DNA of 64,000 bases from Myxococcota bacterium. Lineage in GTDB: Bacteria; Myxococcota_A; UBA9160; UBA4427. The stretch is taken from assembly GCA_965250285.1 (NCBI GenBank), contig OZ252299.1, positions 2,080,001 to 2,144,000 of the forward strand, given 5' to 3'. The notes beneath the pieces were generated by a model that was not told the origin of the DNA, did not search any database, and saw only the letters and a list, made by a program, of their open reading frames with translations. The position numbers were made by a program, and so were the translations under genes. Shown here piece after piece: positions 51,347 to 61,671 of the stretch (its first letter is position 1; each line of letters starts with the position of its first letter).

Positions 51347-52008
51347 CAGCCCTCGCCTCCGTTCGCCGCGGCGCGCGACGCGCCCGACTCGACGTAGATG
51401 ATCGCCTGCACGAGCCGCTCGCAGGCGCGCGCGTACACGGCGCTGATCGCGCCGACGCGCGTGTTCAGATAGTTGTAGAGCGTGAGCGCCGCGATCGCGA
51501 CGCCGAGACCGGCCGCGGTCGCGACGAGCGCCTCGCTCAGGCTCGCGGCGACGACCGCGAAGCCGCCGCCCTCGCTGCCCGCGAGGTCGGCGAACCCACG
51601 AATGATGCCAACGACCGTGCCGAACAGACCGACGAAGGGCGCGAGCGAGCCGACCGTGCCGATGATCCAGATGCCGCGCTTGAGCTCGGCGCTCGCCTCG
51701 GCGCGCATCGTGGCCAAGACCCGGTCGTAGTCGTCGACCGTCACGTTCTGCCAGCGCAGCGCCTCGAGAAAGATGCGCGCGATCGGCAGGTCGCTGTGCT
51801 CGCAGAGCTGACGGGCGCCGTCGGCATCGGGTCGCGCGAGCGTCTCGATCACGTCGCTGGCGAATGCCTTCGAGCGGGCGTCGAGGCCGCGAAACGTGCG
51901 CCATCGATCGAAGAAGACGGCGAGCGTCGCAATCGATCCGATGGCCAGCGGCACGTTGCTGAGCCACCCCATGATCAGCAGGTCGATCAGATGTTCGGCC
52001 GTGAACAT
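51346..52008 (-). CDS. exbB: MotA/TolQ/ExbB proton channel protein
   Basis: APFVGLFGTVVGII, SEALVATAAGL, YNY. Confidence 0.92.
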   Translation of the reverse strand: MFTAEHLIDLLIMGWLSNVPLAIGSIATLAVFFDRWRTFRGLDARSKAFASDVIETLARPDADGARQLCEHSDLPIARIFLEALRWQNVTVDDYDRVLATMRAEASAELKRGIWIIGTVGSLAPFVGLFGTVVGIIRGFADLAGSEGGGFAVVAASLSEALVATAAGLGVAIAALTLYNYLNTRVGAISAVYARACERLVQAIIYVESGASRAAANGGEG

Positions 52009-52366
52009 CGGCGCGCTCCCCCCATCTGGCCCGGCGCCGGGCGCGAGTGCGGGGAGACTACCAACGCGCTCAGGGCGCCGCAGCGACGCCGGCGGCCCGA
52101 TCGACCGGGTGCCCGCACCCTCGCTAGACTGCAGCCTTCGGTTGAAGGCCCGGCGAACCCGTCTGGGCGTTCGGGTGTCCAATGCGCCACAACAGGCGCG
52201 TCGCCGCGAAGCACGCGCTTCCCGGTGCACAGAGCGAGAGCGGAGCCAGGGGCGGAGACACGCCCCGCGCTTTGATCGACTCGAGGCCGCATTCGCACGG
52301 GGGACGATGCGGTCGCACGCGGCGTCGATGCGCGTCTTCCCCCAAGTCGTCGGGAGCCGGCCCACC

Positions 52367-53575
52367 ATGAGCGAACGCCTCGCGGTCCGCCCGCGCGCCC
52401 GACGCACACGCACGCCCGTCGACTTCATCTCGCAGCCTACGCAACCCATGGCGTGGGCCGTCGCGGGTGCCGGCGAAAACCAGGCTCCGCCCTCGCTCGT
52501 CTTCCTCGACGATTCGCACGCCCACGATGCGCTGCGCTCGGGTGGCCTCTCCGCACTGCTCCACCTCGCGCTGCTCGCTGCGCTCCTCGCCGCCGCAATG
52601 CTCGCCCCGCCCGAAGTGGTCGAGCGCATCATCCCCCTCGAGCTGCGCCCGCCTGCGGTCGAACGGCCGGGAACGAACGCCGAGCCGGCACCGGCCGGGC
52701 CGAAGGCGGTCGGCGCTGCGCGTCCGAGCGCGGCCGCGCTCGCGGCGGCGGCGGCGCCCGCCATCTCGGCGGCCGAGGCCGAGGCGCTGCGCGAAGCGGC
52801 GATGGCCGCCATGCGCGAAGCGCTCGAATCGATGGAATCGCCCCAGCCCGTGACCGCTCCGACCCAGATCGAACGCAATCAGGTGCAGGCCGATACCGTC
52901 GCCGCACGCGCCGCCGCAGCCGAGACGCTGCAGGCCGATCTCGTGGCCGAAGCCGACGTCGCACCGCTCGACATCGACCCCGCCGATCTCGCCGCCATCG
53001 ATCTGGGCGACCTCGAAGGCCCCCGCGACGTCGACACCTCGGCGCTCGACAGCCTCACGGCGGGGGATGCCTTCGCCGCCCTCAACGCGCTCGACGGCCG
53101 CGACTATGCCGACGCAGCGACGCTCGGCGAGGTGACGTCGGGCGCGACGACGAGCGGTGGGGTGGGCGGGAACGCCGTCGATCCCGGCGTCGCTGCCGAA
53201 TGGTCGGGCGTGGGAGGCACGGGGGCAGGCGGCGGAGGCGGCGGCGCGGGCGGCGAAGGCACCGTCACCGGGAGCGTCGCGTGCCTCGAGAGCGCGTTCG
53301 TCCAACGCTACCTCGAACGGGTGAAGGACCGCACCAACCAGCACTGGGTCGTGCCGGAAGGAGTCCCTCCGGACGCTCAGGTAAAGCTCCGATTCTCCCT
53401 CGACGACGCCGGGATGACATCCGGCGTTGAAACACTCGAGGCGGCCAATGCCCAGCTGGGTCGATCAGCCGCGTCGGCCCTGCGCCAGGCCGAGCCCTTC
53501 CCGCCGATGGACGACGCCAACCGCTGCCTCGCCGAGTTCCCGATCCGACTCACCTTCACGGTGCCCCAGGACTGA
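52367..53575 (+). CDS. TonB/TolA-like energy transducer (TonB_2-type C-terminus)
   Basis: TM with SALLH, long Ala/Gly-rich linker, C-terminal YLERVKDR..W..P...SA..ALRQAEPFPP. Confidence 0.75.
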   Translation: MSERLAVRPRARRTRTPVDFISQPTQPMAWAVAGAGENQAPPSLVFLDDSHAHDALRSGGLSALLHLALLAALLAAAMLAPPEVVERIIPLELRPPAVERPGTNAEPAPAGPKAVGAARPSAAALAAAAAPAISAAEAEALREAAMAAMREALESMESPQPVTAPTQIERNQVQADTVAARAAAAETLQADLVAEADVAPLDIDPADLAAIDLGDLEGPRDVDTSALDSLTAGDAFAALNALDGRDYADAATLGEVTSGATTSGGVGGNAVDPGVAAEWSGVGGTGAGGGGGGAGGEGTVTGSVACLESAFVQRYLERVKDRTNQHWVVPEGVPPDAQVKLRFSLDDAGMTSGVETLEAANAQLGRSAASALRQAEPFPPMDDANRCLAEFPIRLTFTVPQD

Positions 53576-53583
53576 AGCGCGCC

Positions 53584-56500
53584 GTGTCGTCCCCGATGCC
53601 CGAACACGCCCGACGTACCCGCGCCCTGCCCCAACGCGCTCGGCGGCGGCACCCGCTCTCGCCGCTCTGGCAGGCCGGCCTGCTGGCCGGCTTGCTTGCC
53701 TTCGGCACGACGAACCCGACCGCGGCCCAGAGTGGCCCCGCGCCGCCGCCCTTCGTGGTCGATCTGACGAAGTCGGCGCCGCCGGTCGAAGGCGAGATGC
53801 GCTGCCCGGCCGTCGAGCTCCACTACGACGAGAACGAGGCGCTCGCCGAGAAGCGCGAAGACACGAACCGCGACTGCCAGATGGACGTCGTCGTCGAGTA
53901 CGACGCAGGCAAGCCGCTGCGCTCGGCCCGCGATGCCGACTTCGACGGCCGACCCGACGCCTGGGTCGAGTACGACGCCCAGGGGCTCCCCACGCGCGAG
54001 GCCACCGATACGACGGGCGACGGCGGGCCCGACCGCTGGACCGACTCGAAGGCCGGCCTGCCCGTGCAGCGGCGCGAGGATCGCAACGCCGATGGGGTCG
54101 CCGACGTCGTGCTCGACTTCGTCGAGGGCGCGCCATCGGTGCAGGCCGAAGACACGAATCACGACGGCGTCGCCGACCGCCACACCTGGTTCGAAGACGG
54201 AGCACCGGCCCGCGTCGAGGCCGATACCCGCCACGACGGTCGCGTCGACAACGTCGCCCTGTTCGACGCGCAGGGGCAGAAGACGCGCGAGCAGCAGGAC
54301 ACGACCGGGGACGGTGCCCTCAACGTGACGATCACCTTCGAGAACGGCGAGCGCGTGCGCGTCGAGGAGGATACGACCGGCGATGGCCGCATGGACGTCG
54401 TCATCACCTACGCCGCGGGCAGCGTGGTCTCGCGCCAGGCCGATACCACGGGCGATGGCCGCTTCGATACGGTGGCGAGCTTCGAGAGAGGCGCCGAGCG
54501 CACGCGGCAGCTCGACGCCGACCAGGACGGCTTCCCCGAGATCGTCGCGATCGTCGGCGCGGGCGGTGCGCTCGAGAGTGAGCAGGTCGATACGGATGGC
54601 GACCGTCAATACGACCTGAGCCGCGTCTACGAAGACGGTACCCTGGTGCGCGAGGTCGTCGATGCCGACGGCGACGGCCGCCCCGAGGTCGTGACGACGT
54701 TCACCGGCGCCGAGGCCCTGCCCGCCCGGCGCGAAGCCGACACGACCGGCGACGGCGTGTTCGACACCACGATCGTCTTCGTCGAGGGCCGCCGCTTCGA
54801 GCAAACCGAAGATCGCAACGCCGACGGACGGGTCGACGCGCGGTACACGTTCGACGCCGAAGAACGCGCCGCCACCGAGGCGCTCGATGGCGACTTCGAC
54901 GGCCACTTCGAGGCGCAGGCGACGTTCGTGGATGGGCGCATGGACCGCCGCGAGATCGACGCCGACGCCGATGGCCGGGCCGAGCGGATCGAGATCTACG
55001 AAGCCATCGAAGGCGGCGCGACGTCGAGACTCGCCCGCGTCCAGATCGACGAGGATGGCGACGGCGACCATGAGCTCGAGAACGTGTACGACCTCGAGGG
55101 GCGTCTCGTCTCGCGCACCGAGGACCGATCGGACGACGGCGTCGTCGACACCTGGATCACCTTTCACGTCGACACGGGAGAGCTCGACGTCGTCGAGCGG
55201 GACACGACGGGCGACGGGGTGCGCGACCAGCGCCGATTTCACGACGCGTCGGGTGTGCCCCTGCGCCTCGAGGAAGATCGCAACGCCGACGGCCAACCCG
55301 ACCGCTGGGTCACGTTCGAGAACGGGCTGCCCGCCCGCTACGAAGAAACGACGTTCTTCGCCGACGTGCGCGACGTCCGCGGCGAGCTCGACGCCGAGGG
55401 CCGCGTCGTGCTGGCCGAGCGCGACTCGACGGGCGACGGCCAGTTCGACGTTCGCACCCACTTCGAGGCCGGCCAGCGCACGAAGGAGGAGCGCGACACC
55501 CGAGCCGACGGCGTCTTCGACATCGTGACCACGTTCACCGAGGGCGCGCGCGCGCAGCAGGAGCTCGACCGAAGCGGCGACGGGCGCTTCGACACCGTCA
55601 TCGTCTTCGAGAACGACGCCGCGGTGAGCCAGAGCCGCGACACGAACGCCGACGGCGAGCCCGACCAGGTCGTCGAGCTGGACGCAGCGGGCCAGCCGAA
55701 ACGCGAGCGCTTCGACACGAACCACGACGGGCAATTCGACGTCGAGCGCACCTATCTCGCGGGTGTGCAGACCGGCGAGCGCAGCGACTCGAACTTCGAC
55801 GGGCGCTTCGACACGACCAGCTCTTTCGCGGACGGCGCCATCGGCCAGACCCGGACCGACGTCGACGGCGACGGCACACCCGAGGTCGTGCTCGTCTTCA
55901 GCGGCGGCCGCAAAGCGCGTCAGACCGAAGATCGCGACGACGACGGCCGCGCCGACATCGTCATCGTGTACGACGATGCCGGCGAGACGGCCCGCATCGA
56001 AGAGGATCGCGACGGCGACGGCACCTTCGAGCTGGCCCAGATCTTCGAGGCCGGTATGCACCGTTCGACCGAACTCGACAGCGACGGCGACGGCCAGGTC
56101 GACGTCTGGATCGAGAACGACGAGAAGGCGGTGATCATCCGGCGGCGCGAGGACAAGAACCGGGACGGCGAGGTCGACTTCGTCGTGCACTTCGACGACG
56201 GCGTCGCCCAGAAGGTCGCCGAGGATACGACGGGCGACGGCTGCCTCGACGTCACCAGCTGGCTCGACGGCCAGGGCAACGTTGTGGCCGACGAGCGCGA
56301 CACGTCGGGCAACTGCCAGACCGATACCTGGCGCTACTACAAGGGCAAGAAGGTGTCACGCCAGGCGAAGGACACGACCGGCGACGGGCGCGCGAACCTG
56401 CTCGTCGGCTTCGACGGCGATCTCAACATCCGCACGCAGGAGCTCGTCAAGAAGGGATCGAATCGACCCTTCATGAAGATCCATCTCGACGCGTCGGGGG

Positions 56501-56880
56501 GCGAGCTGCGCCAGTGCCTCGATGCCGACGGCGACGGCCGCCTCGAGCTGGCGCTGCTGCGCGACGGCGATGCGCTGCGCGAGAGCCGGCTCGACAGCGA
56601 CGGCGACGGCCGGGCCGACCAGCGCGAGATCTACGAGGGCGGCGTGCGGATCCGGCTCGAGCTCGACACGAACGACGACGGCCGACCCGATGTCGTGCAG
56701 CACTTCGAGGGCGACCGGATGGTGCGTCAGGACGAGGACGCCGACTTCGACGGCACGATCGACCGCAGCTTCGAAGGCCAGCGGGCCGTGCCCGTCGAGG
56801 GGCGCCCGAAGGCGCCGCGCAAGCTCGAGGCGCTCGACTGCGGGGCATTCGACCGGTTCTGGAAGGTGCATGGCGGCTGA
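53584..56880 (+). CDS. Large secreted protein with about 40 DxDxDG-containing 24-25-aa repeats
   Basis: Signal peptide (TAA-Q); repeats such as DTTGDGRFDTVASFERGAERTRQL; start 53584 or ATG 53596. Confidence 0.85.
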   Translation: MSSPMPEHARRTRALPQRARRRHPLSPLWQAGLLAGLLAFGTTNPTAAQSGPAPPPFVVDLTKSAPPVEGEMRCPAVELHYDENEALAEKREDTNRDCQMDVVVEYDAGKPLRSARDADFDGRPDAWVEYDAQGLPTREATDTTGDGGPDRWTDSKAGLPVQRREDRNADGVADVVLDFVEGAPSVQAEDTNHDGVADRHTWFEDGAPARVEADTRHDGRVDNVALFDAQGQKTREQQDTTGDGALNVTITFENGERVRVEEDTTGDGRMDVVITYAAGSVVSRQADTTGDGRFDTVASFERGAERTRQLDADQDGFPEIVAIVGAGGALESEQVDTDGDRQYDLSRVYEDGTLVREVVDADGDGRPEVVTTFTGAEALPARREADTTGDGVFDTTIVFVEGRRFEQTEDRNADGRVDARYTFDAEERAATEALDGDFDGHFEAQATFVDGRMDRREIDADADGRAERIEIYEAIEGGATSRLARVQIDEDGDGDHELENVYDLEGRLVSRTEDRSDDGVVDTWITFHVDTGELDVVERDTTGDGVRDQRRFHDASGVPLRLEEDRNADGQPDRWVTFENGLPARYEETTFFADVRDVRGELDAEGRVVLAERDSTGDGQFDVRTHFEAGQRTKEERDTRADGVFDIVTTFTEGARAQQELDRSGDGRFDTVIVFENDAAVSQSRDTNADGEPDQVVELDAAGQPKRERFDTNHDGQFDVERTYLAGVQTGERSDSNFDGRFDTTSSFADGAIGQTRTDVDGDGTPEVVLVFSGGRKARQTEDRDDDGRADIVIVYDDAGETARIEEDRDGDGTFELAQIFEAGMHRSTELDSDGDGQVDVWIENDEKAVIIRRREDKNRDGEVDFVVHFDDGVAQKVAEDTTGDGCLDVTSWLDGQGNVVADERDTSGNCQTDTWRYYKGKKVSRQAKDTTGDGRANLLVGFDGDLNIRTQELVKKGSNRPFMKIHLDASGGELRQCLDADGDGRLELALLRDGDALRESRLDSDGDGRADQREIYEGGVRIRLELDTNDDGRPDVVQHFEGDRMVRQDEDADFDGTIDRSFEGQRAVPVEGRPKAPRKLEALDCGAFDRFWKVHGG

Positions 56881-56891
56881 ACCGCCCCCCG

Positions 56892-57572
56892 TCAATCCTT
56901 CTCGTAGCGGTCGCCCTTGCCCCGGAAGAAGTACGCGAAGTTGAAGTTGATGCGCTGATCGAAGCCGCTCAGGTAGGAGGGAACGCCGACGGCGTCCCCC
57001 GTGAAGCCCCGCCCCTGGTAGGCGGCCTGATAGCCGATCGTGAACGCGGCGGAGCCGATGTTGCCCGTATGCACATTGATACCAGCCGAGAGCCCGCCGC
57101 CCGCAGTGAAGTTGGCGATGCGACCGACGAGACCGCCACCAAGAGCGGAATCCTGGGTCATCACGCCGGCAGCCACGCGCAGCGAGGGGCCGATCCAGAC
57201 CCGCATCAGCTTCGAGCGGTAGAACCCGAAGCCGAAGATGTTCTCGAAGCTGCCCTGGTTGAAACGGGCGAACTCGAAGCCGTTGAACTCCTCGCGAAGA
57301 TTCTCGTAGCCGAGGTTCATGCGGTAGTTGAAGAGCTTGTCCTTCGCGACGGCGGTGTCGACAGCGAGCCCAGCGCCGATGCGCTTCGTGTCGTACTGCT
57401 GGCCAAACAGGAGAATCGCGTCGGGATCGGTCGGGCCGACGGCGTAGTCGAAGTACAGCCCGAGGCTGGCCGCCTCGGCGCGCGACGCGGTCAGCGTCGA
57501 AACGGCCACGGTCGCGACAAGGGTCGCCGCGAGGATCACGACGATGTGGGCGGTGCGGTGGGCAAGGCGCAT
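56892..57572 (-). CDS. Probable outer-membrane beta-barrel protein
   Basis: Signal peptide (AEA); alternating aromatic/Gly beta strands ending NFNFAYFF. Confidence 0.65.
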   Translation of the reverse strand: MRLAHRTAHIVVILAATLVATVAVSTLTASRAEAASLGLYFDYAVGPTDPDAILLFGQQYDTKRIGAGLAVDTAVAKDKLFNYRMNLGYENLREEFNGFEFARFNQGSFENIFGFGFYRSKLMRVWIGPSLRVAAGVMTQDSALGGGLVGRIANFTAGGGLSAGINVHTGNIGSAAFTIGYQAAYQGRGFTGDAVGVPSYLSGFDQRINFNFAYFFRGKGDRYEKD

Positions 57573-57933
57573 GGGGATCTCCTGGTGAGCGAAATGGGCG
57601 CGCCGCGATCAGGCCGCCCTGCCGCTACTCTTCGGTCATCGGCGAGATTCCTGAATCGAACTGGCGTTCTAGTTCGAGACCGCGCGCATCCGGCCCGCAG
57701 GCGCGCCTCGCGAGCCGGCAGCTCCGCCGACCCGACCCGGGAACGTGTGCCCCTTCCGTGACGGGCGCCACCCCGTGCCGCACCAGGCCCAGGGGTCGCG
57801 CGACCCGGCGCGGCGGGCGATCATGAGGCCGGCACCCCCCGCACCCGTGCACGCCACCCCATCGCCCCCGACCGCCGACACCCGTGCGCGCCGGCGACGC
57901 GACCGTGACCGATCCGAGGAGAACCGCCCCACC

Positions 57934-59097
57934 ATGTCCAACCCCGAACGCCCCCAGATCGAGGTGCAGAAGTACGGCCAGAGCCTTTGGTTCGACTTCA
58001 TCAGCCGGGACCTGCTGCTCTCGGGCGAGCTGCGCCGCCTCGTCGAAGAGGACGGCGTGCTCGGCGTGACGTCGAACCCCGCGATCTTCGAGAAGGCCAT
58101 CGCCGGCACGAGCGACTACGACCCGGCGCTGGCCGCCGCGACCCGCCATGGTGTGGCCGACGCCAAGTCGGCCTTCGAGACCGTGGCGATTCAAGACATC
58201 CAGCTCGCCTGCGACGTGCTGCGACCGGTCTACGACGCCACCGGCGGCGCCGACGGCTTCGTCAGCCTCGAAGTCTCTCCGCACCTCGCGTTCGACACCG
58301 AGGGCACGGTCGCCGAAGCCGAGCGCCTGCACGCCGCGGTCGCGCGCCCGAACGTCATGATCAAGGTGCCGGCCACGCCCGAGGGCGTCCCGGCCATCGA
58401 GCGCCTCATCGCGGCCGGCATCAACGTCAACGTGACGCTGCTCTTCGCGGTGTCGGCATACGAGGACGTGCACGAAGCCTACATCTCGGGGCTCGAGCAG
58501 TGGGTCGCGGCCGGCCATGACGCGAGCCAGGTGGCGAGCGTCGCGAGCTTCTTCGTGAGCCGCATCGACGCGGCGGTCGGCAAACAGGTCGACGCCAAAC
58601 TGGCAGACGATCCGAGTGGCGACGACAAGGCCCTGCTCGAATCGCTGATCGGGCACGTCGCCATCGCGAACGCCGTCAAGGCCTACGAGAGCTACCGCAA
58701 CACCGTCGCCGGCGCGCGCTGGCAGGCGCTCGCCGACCAGGGCGCCCTGCCCCAGCGCGTGCTGTGGGCGAGCACGGGCACGAAGAGCCCCGACCTCTCG
58801 GCGACGCTCTACGTCGATACGCTCATCGGCCCCGACACGGTGAACACCGTGCCGGCCGCGACTTTCGAGGCGTTCAAGAACACGGGCACCGTGACCAACG
58901 CCCTCGGCGACGACTTCGATGCACGGCTCTCCGACGCGAACGCAACCCTCGGCAAGCTCGCCGAGGTCGGCATCTCGCTCGACGCCATCACCGGCGAGCT
59001 GCTCACCCAGGGCTGCCAGCTCTTCGTCGACGCCTTCGACCAGCTGCTCGAAGCGGTCGAGAAGAAGCGCCTGCAGGTCAGCGAGACGCAGGCGTGA
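57934..59097 (+). CDS. tal: Transaldolase
   Basis: GVTSNPAIF, SLEVSP, MIKVPAT, NVTLLF, SFFVSRID, WASTGTK. Confidence 0.96.
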   Translation: MSNPERPQIEVQKYGQSLWFDFISRDLLLSGELRRLVEEDGVLGVTSNPAIFEKAIAGTSDYDPALAAATRHGVADAKSAFETVAIQDIQLACDVLRPVYDATGGADGFVSLEVSPHLAFDTEGTVAEAERLHAAVARPNVMIKVPATPEGVPAIERLIAAGINVNVTLLFAVSAYEDVHEAYISGLEQWVAAGHDASQVASVASFFVSRIDAAVGKQVDAKLADDPSGDDKALLESLIGHVAIANAVKAYESYRNTVAGARWQALADQGALPQRVLWASTGTKSPDLSATLYVDTLIGPDTVNTVPAATFEAFKNTGTVTNALGDDFDARLSDANATLGKLAEVGISLDAITGELLTQGCQLFVDAFDQLLEAVEKKRLQVSETQA

Positions 59098-59777
59098 GCG
59101 AAACGGCCGGACCGGAAGCCAGCGCCCAGGCCGCCCTCGAGTTCGTCGAAGACGGCCAGACGCTCGGCCTCGGCACCGGGCGGGCCGCGGCCGCGTTCGT
59201 GCGTGCGCTCGGCGCCCGCGTCGCCGGCGGCCTCTCGGTGCGCGGCGTCGCGACGAGCGATGCGACCGAAGCGCTGGCGCGCGAGGTCGGGATCCCGCTG
59301 CTCACGCTCGAGGAGGCAGGGCAGCTCGACGCCACCTTCGACGGGGCCGACGAGGTCGACCCCAACCTCGACGTGATCAAGGGCTACGGCGCGGCGCTGG
59401 TCAGAGAGAAGATCGTCGCAGCGTCCAGCGACCGGCTCTACATCCTGGTCGGCGACGAGAAGCTGGTCGACCAGCTCGGCCAACGCGGCAAGCTGCCGGT
59501 CGAGGTCGTGCCCTTTGCGCGCGCCCTCGTGCAGCGCCGCATGGTCAACCTCGGCTGCAAGGGCATCGAACGGCTCGACGAGAGCGGCGCCTCGGTGCGC
59601 ACCGACAATGGCAACCTGATCCTCGACGCCGAGGTCGGCCCGATCGACGACCCTGCGGCGCTCGACCGCGCCCTGCTCGACATCCCGGGTGTGCTCGGCA
59701 CCGGGCTGTTCGTCGGTATGGCCGACGCCGTGATCGTTCAGCGCGGCGACGGGGTCGAGGTGCTTCGGCGGGGCTGA
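59094..59777 (+). CDS. rpiA: Ribose-5-phosphate isomerase A
   Basis: GLGTG, DGADEVD, KGYGAALVREKIVA, TDNGN. Confidence 0.96.
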   Translation: MSETAGPEASAQAALEFVEDGQTLGLGTGRAAAAFVRALGARVAGGLSVRGVATSDATEALAREVGIPLLTLEEAGQLDATFDGADEVDPNLDVIKGYGAALVREKIVAASSDRLYILVGDEKLVDQLGQRGKLPVEVVPFARALVQRRMVNLGCKGIERLDESGASVRTDNGNLILDAEVGPIDDPAALDRALLDIPGVLGTGLFVGMADAVIVQRGDGVEVLRRG

Positions 59778-59939
59778 CGCGCGCCGTTTTGCCGGGCGAC
59801 CGACCTGCACATTCGCTGCTTGTCCCCTGCGCATCCCGCCCGCCCGGCGCCCGCCCAGCGGCGCCCGCCGCAATCCGTTTCACCCGAGCCCGACCGGCAT
59901 CCCGTGCTGTTAGAATCGGTCCGTCGAACGAGGAACCCC

Positions 59940-60188
59940 ATGCCCACCCGTCCCTTCCTGGTGCTCCGCAATCACGAGTGCGTGCCGCTCGAAGGGCCGT
60001 ACCGCGTCGAGACGCACGAAGATCGGTGGTTCGTGCTCGGGCACAACGAGGCGCACGCGTCGGCGAGCGAGATCGAAGCGCACGCGCTGCTCGAGCGGCT
60101 CCGCGACGACGAAGAGGCGCATCGGCTCGCAAACCAAGCGCTCGAGGGCCTCGGCGCCGAGTTCGAAGTGAGTGAGCTGCGCGGCTAG
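59940..60188 (+). CDS. Small hypothetical protein
   Basis: GAGGA RBS, TAGAAT about 30 nt upstream, genome-typical codons. Confidence 0.55.
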   Translation: MPTRPFLVLRNHECVPLEGPYRVETHEDRWFVLGHNEAHASASEIEAHALLERLRDDEEAHRLANQALEGLGAEFEVSELRG

Positions 60189-60200
60189 CGCCGCACCGGC

Positions 60201-61454
60201 TCAGGCACCCTGCCCGCCTTCGGGTGCGTTCAGCTGGCGCGATACCTCTTCGACCTCGGCCATCATGCGCAACAGATTCTCACCGAGCACCTTGCGCACG
60301 GTCGCCTGCGAATGCCCTCGATCGAGCAGCCCCCGCGTGAGCGCAGGCAGCTTCGACACGTCCTCCATGCCCTCGGGCATCGAGGGGACACCGTCCCAGT
60401 CAGCACCGATGCCCACGTGATCCGCGCCGGCGACGGCGATCGCGTGATCGAAGTGGTCGAGCAGCACGTCGAGTGAGACCTGGGGCGCCGGATCCTGCGC
60501 CACCAGCGCGCGGTACGCCGCGCGCCGCTCCGGACCGTCGGGCAGCTCGCCGAAGATCCGCTTCATCTCTTCGCCATTGCGCGCATACCACGCCTTCGTC
60601 TCGACGCTGGTGTCTTCGTCGATGTAGGCGGGGTAGAAGTTGATCATCACGACGCCCCCCTGCGCGGCCAGCGCCTCGAGCATCTCGTCGCTCATGTTGC
60701 GTCGGTGATCGGCAATGGCGCGCGCCGAGGAATGCGAGGCCAGGACCGGCGCCTGTGACACCTCGAGCACGTCCCAGAACGTGTCGTCGGAGACGTGCGA
60801 GACGTCGACCATCATGCCCAGCCGGTTCATCTCGGCGACGACCTCACGGCCGAACGGCGTGAGCCCCCCGTGCTCGGGCTCGACGTCGTCTCGCGTGCCC
60901 GCCGAGTCGGCCCAGTTCGTGTGGAACGAGTGCGTGAGCGTCATGTAGCGCACGCCCAGCTCGTGAAACATGCGCAGGGCGGGCAGGCTGTCTTCGATGA
61001 TGTGGCCGCCCTCGATCCCCATCAGCGCGACGAAGCGCCCCGCCGACACCGCGCTGCGAATCTCGTCGACGCTCGTGGCCAGCACGACGTCGGGGGCGTG
61101 GCGCCGCGCCATCTCGCGCACGGCGTCGATGCGCACGAGCGCTTTCTTGATCGCGGTTCCGTCTCCTTCGGTGGGGCCCATGTAGATCGCGAAGAACTCG
61201 ACGTCGAGACCGCCTTCGCGGATGCGCGGCAGATCCATGTCGCCATCGGATGCATCATGCCGCTCGTCGAATTGCCAGGTCGGGTCCTCGAAGCGCGGCG
61301 TGGTGTCGGAGTGGGTGTCGATTACGACAGCGGCCGCGTGAAGCCGCGCGGCCGCGGTCTCGCGATCGGCGTCGCAGCCGAGCGCCCACGTCGCGAACAC
61401 GAGTGCCGCCGCGCACGCCACGAAGGCTCGTAGGGATCCCTGCATCCGACTCAT
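60201..61454 (-). CDS. Membrane dipeptidase (peptidase M19), probable lipoprotein
   Basis: DTHSD, GIEGGH, TLTH, DVSH, SHS, GIGADWDG; lipobox ALGC. Confidence 0.92.
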   Translation of the reverse strand: MSRMQGSLRAFVACAAALVFATWALGCDADRETAAARLHAAAVVIDTHSDTTPRFEDPTWQFDERHDASDGDMDLPRIREGGLDVEFFAIYMGPTEGDGTAIKKALVRIDAVREMARRHAPDVVLATSVDEIRSAVSAGRFVALMGIEGGHIIEDSLPALRMFHELGVRYMTLTHSFHTNWADSAGTRDDVEPEHGGLTPFGREVVAEMNRLGMMVDVSHVSDDTFWDVLEVSQAPVLASHSSARAIADHRRNMSDEMLEALAAQGGVVMINFYPAYIDEDTSVETKAWYARNGEEMKRIFGELPDGPERRAAYRALVAQDPAPQVSLDVLLDHFDHAIAVAGADHVGIGADWDGVPSMPEGMEDVSKLPALTRGLLDRGHSQATVRKVLGENLLRMMAEVEEVSRQLNAPEGGQGA

Positions 61455-61671
61455 CCTCTCTCTCACCGGTGTCCGACCGGGATCGAAGGAGCGTAACACC
61501 CGTCTCGAGCGAGACGCTTCCTGAAGAGTCGACCACCGCCGAGCACTCCGGGCACCGCATTCGCTCGCAGCTCGTCACCACCGGACACCGCGCAGCACTG
61601 CACCGTGAACGCGAGGCCTGGCAGCGTGTCGCCCCGAGGCCACACGCCGCGCTCGACTCGAAAGGAAGGCC

